From: a virus
Direction: 5' to 3' (one strand)
Virus record (IMG/VR): IMGVR_UViG_3300049740_000832
Length of the DNA stretch: 64,000 bases
Shown here piece by piece: positions 1-10,495 of this stretch. Positions within the stretch are counted from its first letter, which is position 1; each line of letters begins with the position of its first letter. The notes beneath the pieces were generated by a model that ran no database searches, was not told the origin of the DNA, and worked only from the letters and a program-made list of their open reading frames with translations. A program made the position numbers and the translations under genes.

Positions 1-2
1 AC

Positions 3-2186
3 GAAATTAAATATGTCCGTGATGATATCATCGTATCGACTATTGATATTGAAGTTCAGTCAGATGAAGGTTTCCCTGAACCTGACAAAGCAGACTATCC
101 TGTTATCTCTATCTGTATCAAATCTAGTAAGGAAGACTTCTTTCGTGTCTGGGGTCTGGGTGACTACCAAGCACCTGATGGGGTATACTTCATTCAATGC
201 GAAGACGAGTTGGAACTCATCTCTCGTTTCATTGACTACTGGTCGCAACACGGTATGCCTGATGTGGTGACAGGTTGGAACAGTAAAGGTTTTGACCTTC
301 CATATCTAATCAATCGCACTCGTAAAGTAATCGGTGAGGAGTCTATCAAGAAGTTCTCTCCGTGGGGTGTGGTCAATAAGAAGACTGCTCGCGCAAACAA
401 GTTCGGTATGAAAGAAACAAATACCTATGACATCATGGGTGTCGCGCAGTTGGACTACTACAATCTATTTCAAAAGTTCACTTACAATACTCTAGGTCAA
501 CAAGAGTCCTATCGACTTGACCACATTGCGTTTGTCGTTCTGGGTGAACGTAAACTATCCTATGAAGAGTATGGTAATCTGTATACTCTCTATAAGGAAG
601 ACTATCAGAAGTTCATCGACTATAATATTCGAGACGTTGAACTGGTAGACAAACTGGATGAGAAGTTGGGTCTCCTTGACCTTGCGTTTACCCTTGCATA
701 TAAAGGCGGGGTGAACTATGAAGAGGTTCTTGGAACGACTACTATCTGGGACACAATCATCTATCGGATTCTCAATCAACAGAAGATTACAGTTCCCGCA
801 AAGGTTGAAAAACCAAAGGGCGACTATGCGGGTGGTTATGTAAAAGAACCGCAAGTCGGGTCACATGATTGGGTTACTTCCTTTGACCTCAATTCTCTAT
901 ATCCTAATATTATTGTGCAATACAATATGTCTCCCGAAACTGTGGTGGACGGTATCACTCACACTTCGGTTGAACATATGTTGCGAGGGGTTACCGATAC
1001 AGACCCCGAATATGCACTCGCACCTTCAGGTGTCCGTTTCAGACGAGACAGAGAAGGTATCATTCCTAGTGTCATTAAACAGTATTACTCTGAACGCCGT
1101 GTCATCAAGAATCAGATGTTAGAGGCGCAACAAGAGTATGAACAAACTCCCACCAAAACACTTGCAAACAAAATCGCAACAATGGACAATCAACAGATGG
1201 CGATTAAAATCCTCATGAACAGTTTGTATGGTGCGTTGGGTAACCGATGGTTTCGTTACTTTGACCAAAGAGTTGCGGAGTCCATCACCCTTGCGGGTCA
1301 GTTGTCAATCAAGTGGGCAGAACGTGCAGTCAATAAAGAGATGAATACTCTTCTCAAGACTGATGACTCTGACTATGTGATTGCGATTGACACTGACTCG
1401 CTCTATATTAATATGAGTAAGATTGTTAATCAGTTCAACCCCAAAGACCCTGTGAAGTTTCTTGACAAGATTTGTCGTGACCACTTCGAGACTGTTCTGG
1501 AAAAGTCCTATCAGGAACTTGCAGACTACACCAACGCATACGTCAATCGTATGGAGATGGGTCGTGAGGTGATTGCAGACCGTGGTATCTGGGTTGCAAA
1601 GAAACGATACATTCTCAATGTTCATAACTCTGAGGGTGTGCAGTATGCAGAACCTAAACTCAAGATGATGGGTATCGAGGCAATCAAGTCATCTACTCCC
1701 CAAGTCGTGCGCGATAAGATGAAAGAAATGTTTCGTATATTGGTCAAGGGTTCAGAATCAGAAACACAATCTTTCATTCGCGACTTCCGAAATAAGTTCA
1801 CTGGTCTACCCGCCGAGGACATCTCATTTCCTCGTGGGGTGTCAGACATAGATAAGTGGTCTGACCGTAAGACTATTTACAAAAAGTCTACACCAATTCA
1901 TGTTCGTGGTGCATTACTATATAATCATTATACAAAACAGATGCCTCGTTATGAGACAGTCAAGAATGGTGAGAAGGTAAAGTTCATCTACTTGAAGACA
2001 CCAAACCCAATCAAGGAGAATGTCATATCCTATCCTGTCAACCTACCACGCGAACTTGCACTCGCAAAATATGTGGACTACGACAAGATGTTTGAGAAGA
2101 CTTTCCTTGACCCGCTTGAACCAATCCTTGATGCGGTTGGTTGGAGCGCAGAACCTAAAGCACAGTTGGATATGTTCTTTGCATGA
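3..2186 (+). CDS. 43: Family B DNA polymerase (T4 gp43-like), 5' end outside window
   Basis: Frame open from nt 3 (ExoI motif TIDIE); [35 protein letters not shown]; C-terminal clamp-binding-like QLDMFF. Confidence 0.97.
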   Translation, partial: EIKYVRDDIIVSTIDIEVQSDEGFPEPDKADYPVISICIKSSKEDFFRVWGLGDYQAPDGVYFIQCEDELELISRFIDYWSQHGMPDVVTGWNSKGFDLPYLINRTRKVIGEESIKKFSPWGVVNKKTARANKFGMKETNTYDIMGVAQLDYYNLFQKFTYNTLGQQESYRLDHIAFVVLGERKLSYEEYGNLYTLYKEDYQKFIDYNIRDVELVDKLDEKLGLLDLAFTLAYKGGVNYEEVLGTTTIWDTIIYRILNQQKITVPAKVEKPKGDYAGGYVKEPQVGSHDWVTSFDLNSLYPNIIVQYNMSPETVVDGITHTSVEHMLRGVTDTDPEYALAPSGVRFRRDREGIIPSVIKQYYSERRVIKNQMLEAQQEYEQTPTKTLANKIATMDNQQMAIKILMNSLYGALGNRWFRYFDQRVAESITLAGQLSIKWAERAVNKEMNTLLKTDDSDYVIAIDTDSLYINMSKIVNQFNPKDPVKFLDKICRDHFETVLEKSYQELADYTNAYVNRMEMGREVIADRGIWVAKKRYILNVHNSEGVQYAEPKLKMMGIEAIKSSTPQVVRDKMKEMFRILVKGSESETQSFIRDFRNKFTGLPAEDISFPRGVSDIDKWSDRKTIYKKSTPIHVRGALLYNHYTKQMPRYETVKNGEKVKFIYLKTPNPIKENVISYPVNLPRELALAKYVDYDKMFEKTFLDPLEPILDAVGWSAEPKAQLDMFFA

Positions 2187-2187
2187 T

Positions 2188-2649
2188 TTGAATATACATG
2201 ATGATTTTCTTGATGACTTCTGGGAGATTCGTAGAGAAGCAGAAAAGGTTCAGTATCAGACATTAAGTTCGTCAAACTTTTTGATGAATGTAAAAGAAGG
2301 GTGGACAGGACTCCGCACGCTTGATATCAAAACAAAATATCCTGAAGTCACTCGCAAGATTGAAGAGACAACGGGTAAGATAGTTGACCGACTTCACTTT
2401 TATCGTATAGACGGAAAAGAGAAAGAATGGTTACAGAGTAATCCAGATAGAGCATTAACACCACATACAGATAGGTATCCGTGGGCGGGTGTCATCTATC
2501 TCTGGGGTAATACGGGAACATACTACAACGGAGAACTCGTAGAATTTAAGAAGAATCGATTTGTCTGGTATAATGGACAAGAGTTACACATGCCCGAACT
2601 GGTTGACCAAGACCGTTGTGTGATTGTTGTATTCATGCTTGACAAATGA
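2188..2649 (+). CDS. Small 2OG-Fe(II) oxygenase-like protein
   Basis: PHTD..WAGVIYL..GT..NR..Y..H pattern; TTG start inferred just after the gp43 stop. Confidence 0.6.
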   Translation: MNIHDDFLDDFWEIRREAEKVQYQTLSSSNFLMNVKEGWTGLRTLDIKTKYPEVTRKIEETTGKIVDRLHFYRIDGKEKEWLQSNPDRALTPHTDRYPWAGVIYLWGNTGTYYNGELVEFKKNRFVWYNGQELHMPELVDQDRCVIVVFMLDK

Positions 2650-2667
2650 TGAAGGGTATGATATAGT
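2639..2667 (+). promoter_or_regulatory. sigma70-type promoter
   Basis: TTGACA-17nt-TATAGT with extended -10 TG; ATG begins 7 nt after the -10 box. Confidence 0.8.
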
Positions 2668-2673
2668 TACATA

Positions 2674-3606
2674 ATGAATTATTCTTTGACAATATTCAAG
2701 AATACGTTTGACAACAAGACTCACCGTGTTCAAGAGTTCGACTCTTGGGACGGTCTTGAGTCTTTGTTATATTCGTTATCAAAACAGAAAGGTGAAAAAG
2801 GTGGAAGTAATTCTTCTCCTCTTATTAGTCCTGCTCGTTATATTTCCGATACTACGAGGTCTAATAAGAATGTTGATGTATGGGGTGGTTGGGCTGCTCT
2901 TGATGTTGACGATTTCGTGGTGGTTGGTGACCTAGAGTCTGTATTGCAAGAGAAGTTTGGTGAGTATTACTACATCTGTTATTCGACTGCATCATCCACA
3001 TTAGAACAACCAAAGTTTCGATTGGTCTTTCCGTTGACCCGTGAGGTTCATAGTAAAGACCTACCGCACTTCTGGTTTGCGATGAACAAAGAGTTTGATG
3101 AGTTGGGAGATGAACAGACCAAAGACCTGTCGCGCATGTATTATGTTCCCGCGCAGTATCCTAGTGCATACAACTTCATCTTCACCAACAAGGGTGTCAA
3201 GATTGACCCTGACATGTTGATGAACAAACACTCATATGTGGAGACACAGGGTAAGACTTTCATGGACAGACTGCCTCCTGAACTACAGAAGGCGGTAATC
3301 GAACATCGTAAAAACTCCCTAGATAATATTGACATAAACTGGACATCATATCGTGACTGTCCTTTCTTTCCTAAACGGTTGGAACAAGAGTATCGTGCAA
3401 TCACGGGAACAGGTTGGTATCACAAGATGTATCAGATTATGATTGCGATTGCTGGTAACGCAGTATCTAAAGGTTATCCAATCAGTGCGAGTCAGATATC
3501 ACAGTTATGTTCTGAGTTAGACCGTGAGACTGGTAACTGGTATGAGAACCGTCCTCTTGACAAAGAGGCAGACAGAGCATTGGAGTATATTTACAGAAAT
3601 GGTTAA
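2674..3606 (+). CDS. AEP-superfamily primase/polymerase-like protein
   Basis: ALDVDD, YSTASS..PKFRLVFPL and DLSRMYYVP motifs; helical C-terminal domain. Confidence 0.6.
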   Translation: MNYSLTIFKNTFDNKTHRVQEFDSWDGLESLLYSLSKQKGEKGGSNSSPLISPARYISDTTRSNKNVDVWGGWAALDVDDFVVVGDLESVLQEKFGEYYYICYSTASSTLEQPKFRLVFPLTREVHSKDLPHFWFAMNKEFDELGDEQTKDLSRMYYVPAQYPSAYNFIFTNKGVKIDPDMLMNKHSYVETQGKTFMDRLPPELQKAVIEHRKNSLDNIDINWTSYRDCPFFPKRLEQEYRAITGTGWYHKMYQIMIAIAGNAVSKGYPISASQISQLCSELDRETGNWYENRPLDKEADRALEYIYRNG

Positions 3607-3874
3607 GAAGTTTGAAATAGTTCAGGGTAGAAAATCTGAAAAAGATAAGATACTCAAGTATAATGGCAAGGCAGTTGCATTTGAAGATGTGGCCATGATG
3701 TGTATTTTTTTCATGGGTAATGAAGATAATTTGTATCCACCATCGCGGGGTTACAAAGGTGCAGAAATGTTCAAAGATTATATCAAAGAAGTTCTAGAGA
3801 CGAGACGTATTCCAAAAGACAGTAAATATGCAATAAGAAAAAATCATGGAGTTGTTAAAGTATGCGAATACTAA
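3599..3874 (+). CDS. Hypothetical protein
   Basis: ORF overlapping both neighbours; ATG at 3599. Confidence 0.6.
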   Translation: MVKKFEIVQGRKSEKDKILKYNGKAVAFEDVAMMCIFFMGNEDNLYPPSRGYKGAEMFKDYIKEVLETRRIPKDSKYAIRKNHGVVKVCEY

Positions 3875-4800
3875 TAACTGGTGCTGCGGGTTTCATCGCT
3901 AGTCATCTTGCAGATTCGCTTTTGGAAGATGGGTTTGATGTTGTCGGTCTGGACAACTACAATACATTCTATGACCCTGCACTCAAAAAGAATCGTGTAG
4001 AATACTTTGGACATGAAGTCTATGAGTGTGACCTCAAGGATTTTGATGACCTTGACCAAGCGTTCAATACGCTCAAACCGCATATGGTTGTCCATCTTGC
4101 CGCTCGTGCAAATGTGCGTGACTCGTTTGGTAAAGAACAAATCTATCATCAGGATAATATTGATGCAACACAAAACCTGATTGAAGTATGTAAGATGTAT
4201 AATGTTCAGAAGATTGTGTATGCATCAACCAGTTCTGTCTATGGGGGAACGCCCATACCGCCTACAGGTTGGGTAGAAGACCAAGTGACTGGTCATCAGT
4301 TGAACGCATATGCATATACCAAGTGGGTGAATGAATGTCAATTCAAAATCTCTGGTCTGAACAATGTGGGTCTTCGGTTCTTTACCGTATATGGCCCGTG
4401 GGGTAGACCAGATATGGCACTATTTCAATTCACTGATAATATCGTGAAGGGTAAACCAATTCAGGCATTCAACTATGGTGAAATGAAAAGAGACTTCACC
4501 TATGTCGGTGATATTGTCAATGGTATCAAGACGATATTGTTTGAAGATGTCCCATCCAATGAAATCTTCAACATTGGTCGAGGTAAACAAGTAGAACTGA
4601 TGCACTTTATTAAGTGTATAAGTAAAGAGTTAGGTAGGGAAGCAGACATTGAACTCGCTCCCCGTCATCCAGCGGATACGTTGGAAACTTGGAGTAACAC
4701 TGGGAAACTCCGAGAACTGGGTTACAAACCCAAAGTGAATATCGAACAAGGCGTTGAAGCATTTGTTCGTTGGTATAAAGAGTATTACGGAGTAAATTAA
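3862..4800 (+). CDS. NAD-dependent epimerase (UDP-glucuronate 4-epimerase/WcaG-like)
   Basis: ITGAAGFIA, ASTSSVYG, YAYTK, RFFTVYGPWGRPDM. Confidence 0.92.
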   Translation: MRILITGAAGFIASHLADSLLEDGFDVVGLDNYNTFYDPALKKNRVEYFGHEVYECDLKDFDDLDQAFNTLKPHMVVHLAARANVRDSFGKEQIYHQDNIDATQNLIEVCKMYNVQKIVYASTSSVYGGTPIPPTGWVEDQVTGHQLNAYAYTKWVNECQFKISGLNNVGLRFFTVYGPWGRPDMALFQFTDNIVKGKPIQAFNYGEMKRDFTYVGDIVNGIKTILFEDVPSNEIFNIGRGKQVELMHFIKCISKELGREADIELAPRHPADTLETWSNTGKLRELGYKPKVNIEQGVEAFVRWYKEYYGVN

Positions 4801-5699
4801 TGAGTGAAGAAGTTAAAAAAATGCGTATGGGTGTTGTTGGACATGGGTTTGTCGGCAGTGCAGTTGATTATGCATTTACCCATGATGAAATTGAAAAGTT
4901 TTATGTTGACCCAAAACATAATACAACAATTGACCAATTGATAGATTGGAATCCACATGTAACTTTTATTTGTGCGCCGACACCAATGGCGGATAGTGGG
5001 TTCGTAGATGCATCAATTGTTGAAGATGCTGTTTTGAAATTATTGGAACATACCGAAGGTGGTGTTGTTGTAAAATCAACTATACCGCCTGATGTCGTTG
5101 ACCGAATCGTAGGGTCTGTCTTTGAAGATGATATCAAACGATTGACCTTTAATCCAGAATTCCTCACAGAGTCCAGTGCAAAAGAAGCATTTGTTCTTGC
5201 AGACTATCATATTATTGGTGGTCATCCTGACGCATGTAAAGGTCTTGCACAACTGTATGACATCTATAGTCTCTGCACAGCGAAAGAGTTTTTGTTTATG
5301 TCTGCTGCTGAGGCCTCATTTGTTAAATATGGCGTGAACTCATTCCTTGCAACGAAGGTTACTTTCTTTAATCAACTCTATGATTCAATTCAAAGATTTG
5401 GATGCAACTTCCCAACTATTGTGAATGCAATTGGTAGAGATGAACGTATCGGTGTTGGTCACACTCGCGTGCCAGGTTATGATGGCAAGCGTGGGTTTGG
5501 CGGCGCATGTTTTCCCAAAGACACAAAAGCATTTACAATGTTTGATAAAGACTTGACATTAGTTGACAAATGTGTTAGTATAAACAATGAATATCGTAAA
5601 CAGTATGAATTAGATGAACGTGAGGAATCAAACAATGTCGATTATGGACAAACTGAAGAAGAACTCGAAAATCAAGACGACAGAGGTTCTGTCGAATAG
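4800..5699 (+). CDS. ugd: UDP-glucose/GDP-mannose dehydrogenase family protein
   Basis: GHGFVG, KSTIPP, FNPEFL, GFGGACFPKD. Confidence 0.88.
   Translation: MSEEVKKMRMGVVGHGFVGSAVDYAFTHDEIEKFYVDPKHNTTIDQLIDWNPHVTFICAPTPMADSGFVDASIVEDAVLKLLEHTEGGVVVKSTIPPDVVDRIVGSVFEDDIKRLTFNPEFLTESSAKEAFVLADYHIIGGHPDACKGLAQLYDIYSLCTAKEFLFMSAAEASFVKYGVNSFLATKVTFFNQLYDSIQRFGCNFPTIVNAIGRDERIGVGHTRVPGYDGKRGFGGACFPKDTKAFTMFDKDLTLVDKCVSINNEYRKQYELDEREESNNVDYGQTEEELENQDDRGSVE
5553..5581 (+). promoter_or_regulatory. sigma70-type promoter inside ugd, upstream of uvsX
   Basis: TTGACA-17nt-TAGTAT. Confidence 0.55.
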
Positions 5700-6666
5700 T
5701 AAGTTCTTCACTGAACAAGATATGGTGCCAACCAATGTTCCAATGGTGAACGTTGCGTTGAGCGGAAGTATTGACGGTGGTGTCACGCCAGGACTTACAG
5801 TCCTCGCAGGCCCAAGCAAGCACTTCAAGACCTCTTTCGCCCTGCTGATGGCGGGTGCATACCTGAAAGAGAAAGAAGATGCAGTTCTGCTCTTTTATGA
5901 TAGTGAGTTTGGTTCGCCCCAATCTTACTTCGAGCAGTTCGGGATTGACACTAGCCGAGTTCTGCATACGCCGATTGCGAATGTAGAGGAACTCAAGTTT
6001 GATTTGATTGGTCAACTTGAGGAACTGACACGAGAAGATAATGTCATCGTTGTCATCGACTCCATTGGTAACCTTGCATCTAAGAAAGAACTCGAAGATG
6101 CAATCAATGAAAAGTCGGTTGCAGATATGTCTCGTGCTAAAGCATTGAAAGGTCTGTTCCGTATGGTAACTCCCTACCTGACCATGAAGAACATTCCAAT
6201 GCTTGCCGTCAACCATACATATAAAGAGATTGGTCTCTTCCCGAAAGACATCGTAGGTGGTGGCACAGGTATCTACTATAGTGCCGATAACATTTGGATT
6301 CTTGGTCGCCAACAAGACAAACAAGGCACAGAGATTAAAGGTTACCACTTCATCATTAATGTAGAGAAGTCACGTTATGTTAAAGAGAAAAGTAAAATCC
6401 CTATCTCTGTTTCTTGGGAAGGTGGTGTCCAGCAGTTTAGTGGTCTCCTTGATGTTGCTTTGGCTGGTGGTTACGTTGTTAAGCCTTCTAATGGATGGTA
6501 TAGTGTCGCTGGTGATGAGAAGAAAGTTCGTCAGACAGAAACACTCACGAAGGAATTTTGGACTCCAATCTTCGAAGGAACAGACTTCGCAGAGTTCATC
6601 AAGTCCCAATACTCAATCGGACTCGCACAAAAAGTAGACATGGATGAGATTGTAGATGCCGAATGA
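5635..6666 (+). CDS. uvsX: RecA-like recombinase UvsX
   Basis: AGPSKHFKT Walker A, FYDSEFG, IDSIGNLASKKE. Confidence 0.95.
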   Translation: MSIMDKLKKNSKIKTTEVLSNSKFFTEQDMVPTNVPMVNVALSGSIDGGVTPGLTVLAGPSKHFKTSFALLMAGAYLKEKEDAVLLFYDSEFGSPQSYFEQFGIDTSRVLHTPIANVEELKFDLIGQLEELTREDNVIVVIDSIGNLASKKELEDAINEKSVADMSRAKALKGLFRMVTPYLTMKNIPMLAVNHTYKEIGLFPKDIVGGGTGIYYSADNIWILGRQQDKQGTEIKGYHFIINVEKSRYVKEKSKIPISVSWEGGVQQFSGLLDVALAGGYVVKPSNGWYSVAGDEKKVRQTETLTKEFWTPIFEGTDFAEFIKSQYSIGLAQKVDMDEIVDAE

Positions 6667-7075
6667 TATCGAAGAAAAATTAAGTGAGGATGTCCACTAT
6701 AAGATAATTCCTCAATCAGACGCCGCTGACGGTTGGGATGTTCGTCTTCTTGAAGAATATCCTGAGACAGTAATTAGATATGGCAGTGTTAAGATTGTTG
6801 AAGAAGGTGATGACGGATATCTCAAATATGATATGGAAATTGTATTCACACCTGACCCCGATTTAGATATAGACGAAGACTTGCCATTTCAGATATATTG
6901 TGGTAGAATACTATCTTCAATAATCGAACAGTCCATCCACGATGGGTCTATGATTGCATCTGATGATAAAACAGGTGAAATGTATGCCGCTGATGAAATG
7001 CACGAACAAGTAAAGGAACTTATTGAAGATGAATATCAATCTGGAACAGACAGTATTGAGGAACTTACTGACTAA
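6656..7075 (+). CDS. Acidic hypothetical protein in the gp40 position
   Basis: Lies between uvsX and 41, as T4 gene 40 does; no motif confirmation. Confidence 0.5.
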   Translation: MPNDIEEKLSEDVHYKIIPQSDAADGWDVRLLEEYPETVIRYGSVKIVEEGDDGYLKYDMEIVFTPDPDLDIDEDLPFQIYCGRILSSIIEQSIHDGSMIASDDKTGEMYAADEMHEQVKELIEDEYQSGTDSIEELTD

Positions 7076-8402
7076 TGAAGAGTATATGCGTAAAGTTCTT
7101 CCGTTCATTGCGCCTGATTATTTCGAGGGTGTATACCGTGGTCTCTTTAAGGAGATTGCAAAGTTTGTTGCGGATTACAATAAACTTCCGACTCTCGAAG
7201 CATTCAAGATTGAGATAGACCAGAACAATCGTCTGGGTGAAGATGACTATCGCATCGCACTTGAACTCCTACCAAATATCTTCACACCCGAACCCGAAAA
7301 CCTAGAGTGGTTGATTGAACGCACAGAGAAGTGGTGTCAAGACCGTGCAGTATTCAACGCAGTGATGGAGAGTATCTCTATCATCGATGGTAAACATGCA
7401 ACCCTACAAAAGAATGCAATACCTGATGTCTTGAGTAAAGCATTGGGTGTTACCTTCGATACCAATATCGGTCACGACTATCTTGAGAATGTAGATGGTC
7501 GTTATGACTTCTATCATGAACAGGAAGAACGTATTCCGTTTGACCTAGAACATTTCAATATGATTACTAAGGGTGGTCTGCCTAACAAGACATTGAACAT
7601 CGCACTTGCGGGGACTGGTGTTGGTAAGTCATTGTTCATGTGTCATGCCGCTGCATCGGGTCTCTCACAGGGACGTAATGTATTGTATATTACTATGGAG
7701 ATGGCAGAGGAACGCATCGCAGAACGGATTGACGCGAACTTGTTGAATGTTCCGATTGACCAGTTGGAGAACCTGTCGAAAGATATGTTCACTGACAAGG
7801 TATCACAGATTGCTGCCAAGACACAGGGTAAACTTATTATCAAAGAATATCCTACAGGTCAGGCAAATACATCGCACTTCCGTGCGTTGTTGAACGAACT
7901 GAAACTCAAGAAGAACTTTGTTCCAGAGATTATATTTATTGATTATCTAAATATATGTGCGTCATCACGAATGAAAGGAATGGGCGGTGCTATCAACTCA
8001 TATTCATACATTAAAAGTATTGCAGAAGAAATTAGAGGACTCGCAGTCGAGTTCAACGTTCCGATTGTATCTGCAACGCAGACGACTCGTTCAGGTTATT
8101 CTAATGACGATGTTGGGCTTGAAGACACATCCGAATCTTTTGGACTACCCGCTACCGCAGACCTCATGTTCGCACTCATCTCAAACGATGAACTAAATAA
8201 TCTGGGTAAGATACTGGTCAAACAGTTGAAGAACAGATACAACGACCCGACCAAATATAATAGATTTACTGTGAAGGTTGACCGTTCTAAGATGCGTCTA
8301 TCAGATGATGATGATGGTGATGATAATAATGTCATTGATGCTCGACCAGTATTCGATAAATCAGAAGCCGCAGAACGATTCAAGAATTTTAAGTTGGAGT
8401 AA
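7029..8402 (+). CDS. 41: Replicative DnaB-like helicase gp41
   Basis: AGTGVGKS, ITMEMAEE, IFIDYLN, SATQTTR, SESFGLPATAD. Confidence 0.96.
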   Translation: MNINLEQTVLRNLLTNEEYMRKVLPFIAPDYFEGVYRGLFKEIAKFVADYNKLPTLEAFKIEIDQNNRLGEDDYRIALELLPNIFTPEPENLEWLIERTEKWCQDRAVFNAVMESISIIDGKHATLQKNAIPDVLSKALGVTFDTNIGHDYLENVDGRYDFYHEQEERIPFDLEHFNMITKGGLPNKTLNIALAGTGVGKSLFMCHAAASGLSQGRNVLYITMEMAEERIAERIDANLLNVPIDQLENLSKDMFTDKVSQIAAKTQGKLIIKEYPTGQANTSHFRALLNELKLKKNFVPEIIFIDYLNICASSRMKGMGGAINSYSYIKSIAEEIRGLAVEFNVPIVSATQTTRSGYSNDDVGLEDTSESFGLPATADLMFALISNDELNNLGKILVKQLKNRYNDPTKYNRFTVKVDRSKMRLSDDDDGDDNNVIDARPVFDKSEAAERFKNFKLE

Positions 8403-8404
8403 AC

Positions 8405-8629
8405 ATGGACGCATTATTACATACAATCATTGTCCTATTGACAATATTCTTTTCCTTCTGGTTTGGTCTCTTTCGTGGTTATATGCGTGGACTTGACGAG
8501 GGAGTCGCAGAGGGTTCTGCAATCGCATTGAAACAAACGCTTGAATATATGCGTAGTAAACACGACATACATATCACAGACTATGATATCAAATTGGCAT
8601 CAGAGTATATAAGAAATGACAGAAGTTAA
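8405..8629 (+). CDS. Small membrane-anchored hypothetical protein
   Basis: GGAG RBS; N-terminal hydrophobic helix. Confidence 0.6.
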   Translation: MDALLHTIIVLLTIFFSFWFGLFRGYMRGLDEGVAEGSAIALKQTLEYMRSKHDIHITDYDIKLASEYIRNDRS

Positions 8630-9175
8630 TCTTATCGAAGTTAACGAACCTTGGAAACATTACATAGTTGAAAATTTCCTAGAAGTTGATGATTTCAAAG
8701 AACTGGAAAAATGGGTAGATAGTCTTCCAAATGCCGAACCTAAAGACCGATACAATAAATGGGTTACCGATTCATCAAAGGTTGTTAAGGCAAAAGAAAG
8801 ATTTGAAAACTTATTATCAGAAATAAATTTTGTTCCAAGAATACCATACAGGATTGAAGTTGAGTATAATAGTGTAGGTCAGGATTATGATTACCCAATA
8901 CATACTGACTCCCCAGATAAATTTGTTACTTTGGTATTATATGTTTCCCCAGAGGATAATCAAGGCACTCGCATTCATAATTCCGATAAGACTTTTCATT
9001 CGGAAGTAAAGTGGAAAAAGAATTCTGGACTATTATTTGAGATAAAAGATGATACTTTTCATACATACAAATCAAAATTTTCATCTAGAAAGACAATAAA
9101 TATTATCTGTCTAGAAGAGAAGAATCAAAAACTAGGTGGTCGGAGATATTAAAAAATGACAGAAGTTAATCTTAT
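8614..9175 (+). repeat. 22-bp direct repeat AAATGACAGAAGTTAATCTTAT at 8614-8635 and 9154-9175
   Basis: Exact match; both genes begin MTEVNLI. Confidence 0.9.
8616..9152 (+). CDS. 2OG-Fe(II) oxygenase-like protein
   Basis: IHTD..LVLY..GT..H..R facial-triad pattern. Confidence 0.7.
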   Translation: MTEVNLIEVNEPWKHYIVENFLEVDDFKELEKWVDSLPNAEPKDRYNKWVTDSSKVVKAKERFENLLSEINFVPRIPYRIEVEYNSVGQDYDYPIHTDSPDKFVTLVLYVSPEDNQGTRIHNSDKTFHSEVKWKKNSGLLFEIKDDTFHTYKSKFSSRKTINIICLEEKNQKLGGRRY

Positions 9176-9809
9176 AGCGTTGAGTAAACCGTCTGCAATA
9201 ACGGACTGTAAGACTGCCGCTGAATTGATTGCGTATACCGCACGAGTAAGTAATCCAACAAATCAAAACAACACCGCAACTGCGCCAAAACTGTTGAGGT
9301 ATTTGATTAAGGAAAATCATTGGTCACCATTTGAGATGGTGCATATGACTCTTGAAATCAAAACGACTCGTGATATCGCACGACAAATGTTACGACATCG
9401 CTCGTTCTCGTTTCAAGAGTTTTCTCAACGATATGCAGAGGCGACTGAATGGCAGAAACGTGATGCAAGACTTCAGGACTTGAAGAACCGTCAGAACTCT
9501 ATGCCAACAGATGATGAAGAACTGCGCGAAATGTGGGATACAGTTCAGGAAAAATTGATTAAGAATGCAGAAGACGCATATAAATGGGCATTAGAAAGAG
9601 GGATTGCAAAGGAACAAGCGAGAGCAGTTCTACCCGAAGGTAATACAATGTCCACTCTCTATATGTCTGGAACTTTGCGTAGTTGGATTCACTATTGTCA
9701 ACTTCGCCGTGGTCATGGAACTCAACTTGAACATATCGAAATCGCAGACATGTGTTGGGACATTATCGGTGTCCACTTCCCTGATATCATAGAAGCACTC
9801 AATGACTGA
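9156..9809 (+). CDS. thyX: Flavin-dependent thymidylate synthase
   Basis: HWSPFE, RHRSFSFQEFSQRY, EQARAVLP. Confidence 0.96.
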   Translation: MTEVNLIALSKPSAITDCKTAAELIAYTARVSNPTNQNNTATAPKLLRYLIKENHWSPFEMVHMTLEIKTTRDIARQMLRHRSFSFQEFSQRYAEATEWQKRDARLQDLKNRQNSMPTDDEELREMWDTVQEKLIKNAEDAYKWALERGIAKEQARAVLPEGNTMSTLYMSGTLRSWIHYCQLRRGHGTQLEHIEIADMCWDIIGVHFPDIIEALND

Positions 9810-10464
9810 GATTGTAATCCGTAATAAAGAGTTTCTCAAAACTCTGGATGACACACTTGATAGATTTCTACCACACACCGACAAGATGATAGAACTTAGT
9901 TCGCATCTCGGCCCTGCTCCAATCGGAGAGGGTGAACAGTATTGTAAACCTGACCATCTGTGGGAAGTTATGGAACGAGACCACATTGGATTTCCTGAAG
10001 AGGGATATGGGTTTCAGGTGTCGCATGGTGCATCTGTTCTTCCCGAAATATTTGAACCACTCAAACTATGGACAAAGAATGAACTGGTTCGTATCTTCGG
10101 TGCGAACAATAACTCTTTAACATCATACTATCCGCCCAAAGGGTTTGTCGGTTGGCACACAAACTGGAATGCCTTTGGATATCAACTCATTCTCACATGG
10201 AGTGAGGGTGGTGATGGATACTTTACTTATTATGATAAGAAGAATGATGAGTTTGTCAAACACGAAGATGTCAAAGGATGGCAGGCTCGGTGGTATCGAT
10301 TTGGTCGCTGGGACGAAGAAGAACACCACTGTTGGCACGCTGCATGGACTGAATGTCCCCGTTTCACTCTTGCGTTTAAGTTTCCTTATGGAAACCTCAC
10401 AGAGAAACACGACCAAGCATATGACGCAATCCAAGACTTAATATATGATATAGAAAATGGTTGA
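9802..10464 (+). CDS. Cupin/2OG-oxygenase-like hypothetical protein
   Basis: YYPP.GFVGWHTN ... WH ... R pattern. Confidence 0.5.
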   Translation: MTEIVIRNKEFLKTLDDTLDRFLPHTDKMIELSSHLGPAPIGEGEQYCKPDHLWEVMERDHIGFPEEGYGFQVSHGASVLPEIFEPLKLWTKNELVRIFGANNNSLTSYYPPKGFVGWHTNWNAFGYQLILTWSEGGDGYFTYYDKKNDEFVKHEDVKGWQARWYRFGRWDEEEHHCWHAAWTECPRFTLAFKFPYGNLTEKHDQAYDAIQDLIYDIENG

Positions 10465-10489
10465 CAAACCTGTCTGGTTTTGATATAAT
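10461..10489 (+). promoter_or_regulatory. sigma70-type promoter
   Basis: TTGACA-17nt-TATAAT with extended -10 TG. Confidence 0.85.
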
Positions 10490-10495
10490 ATGAAA

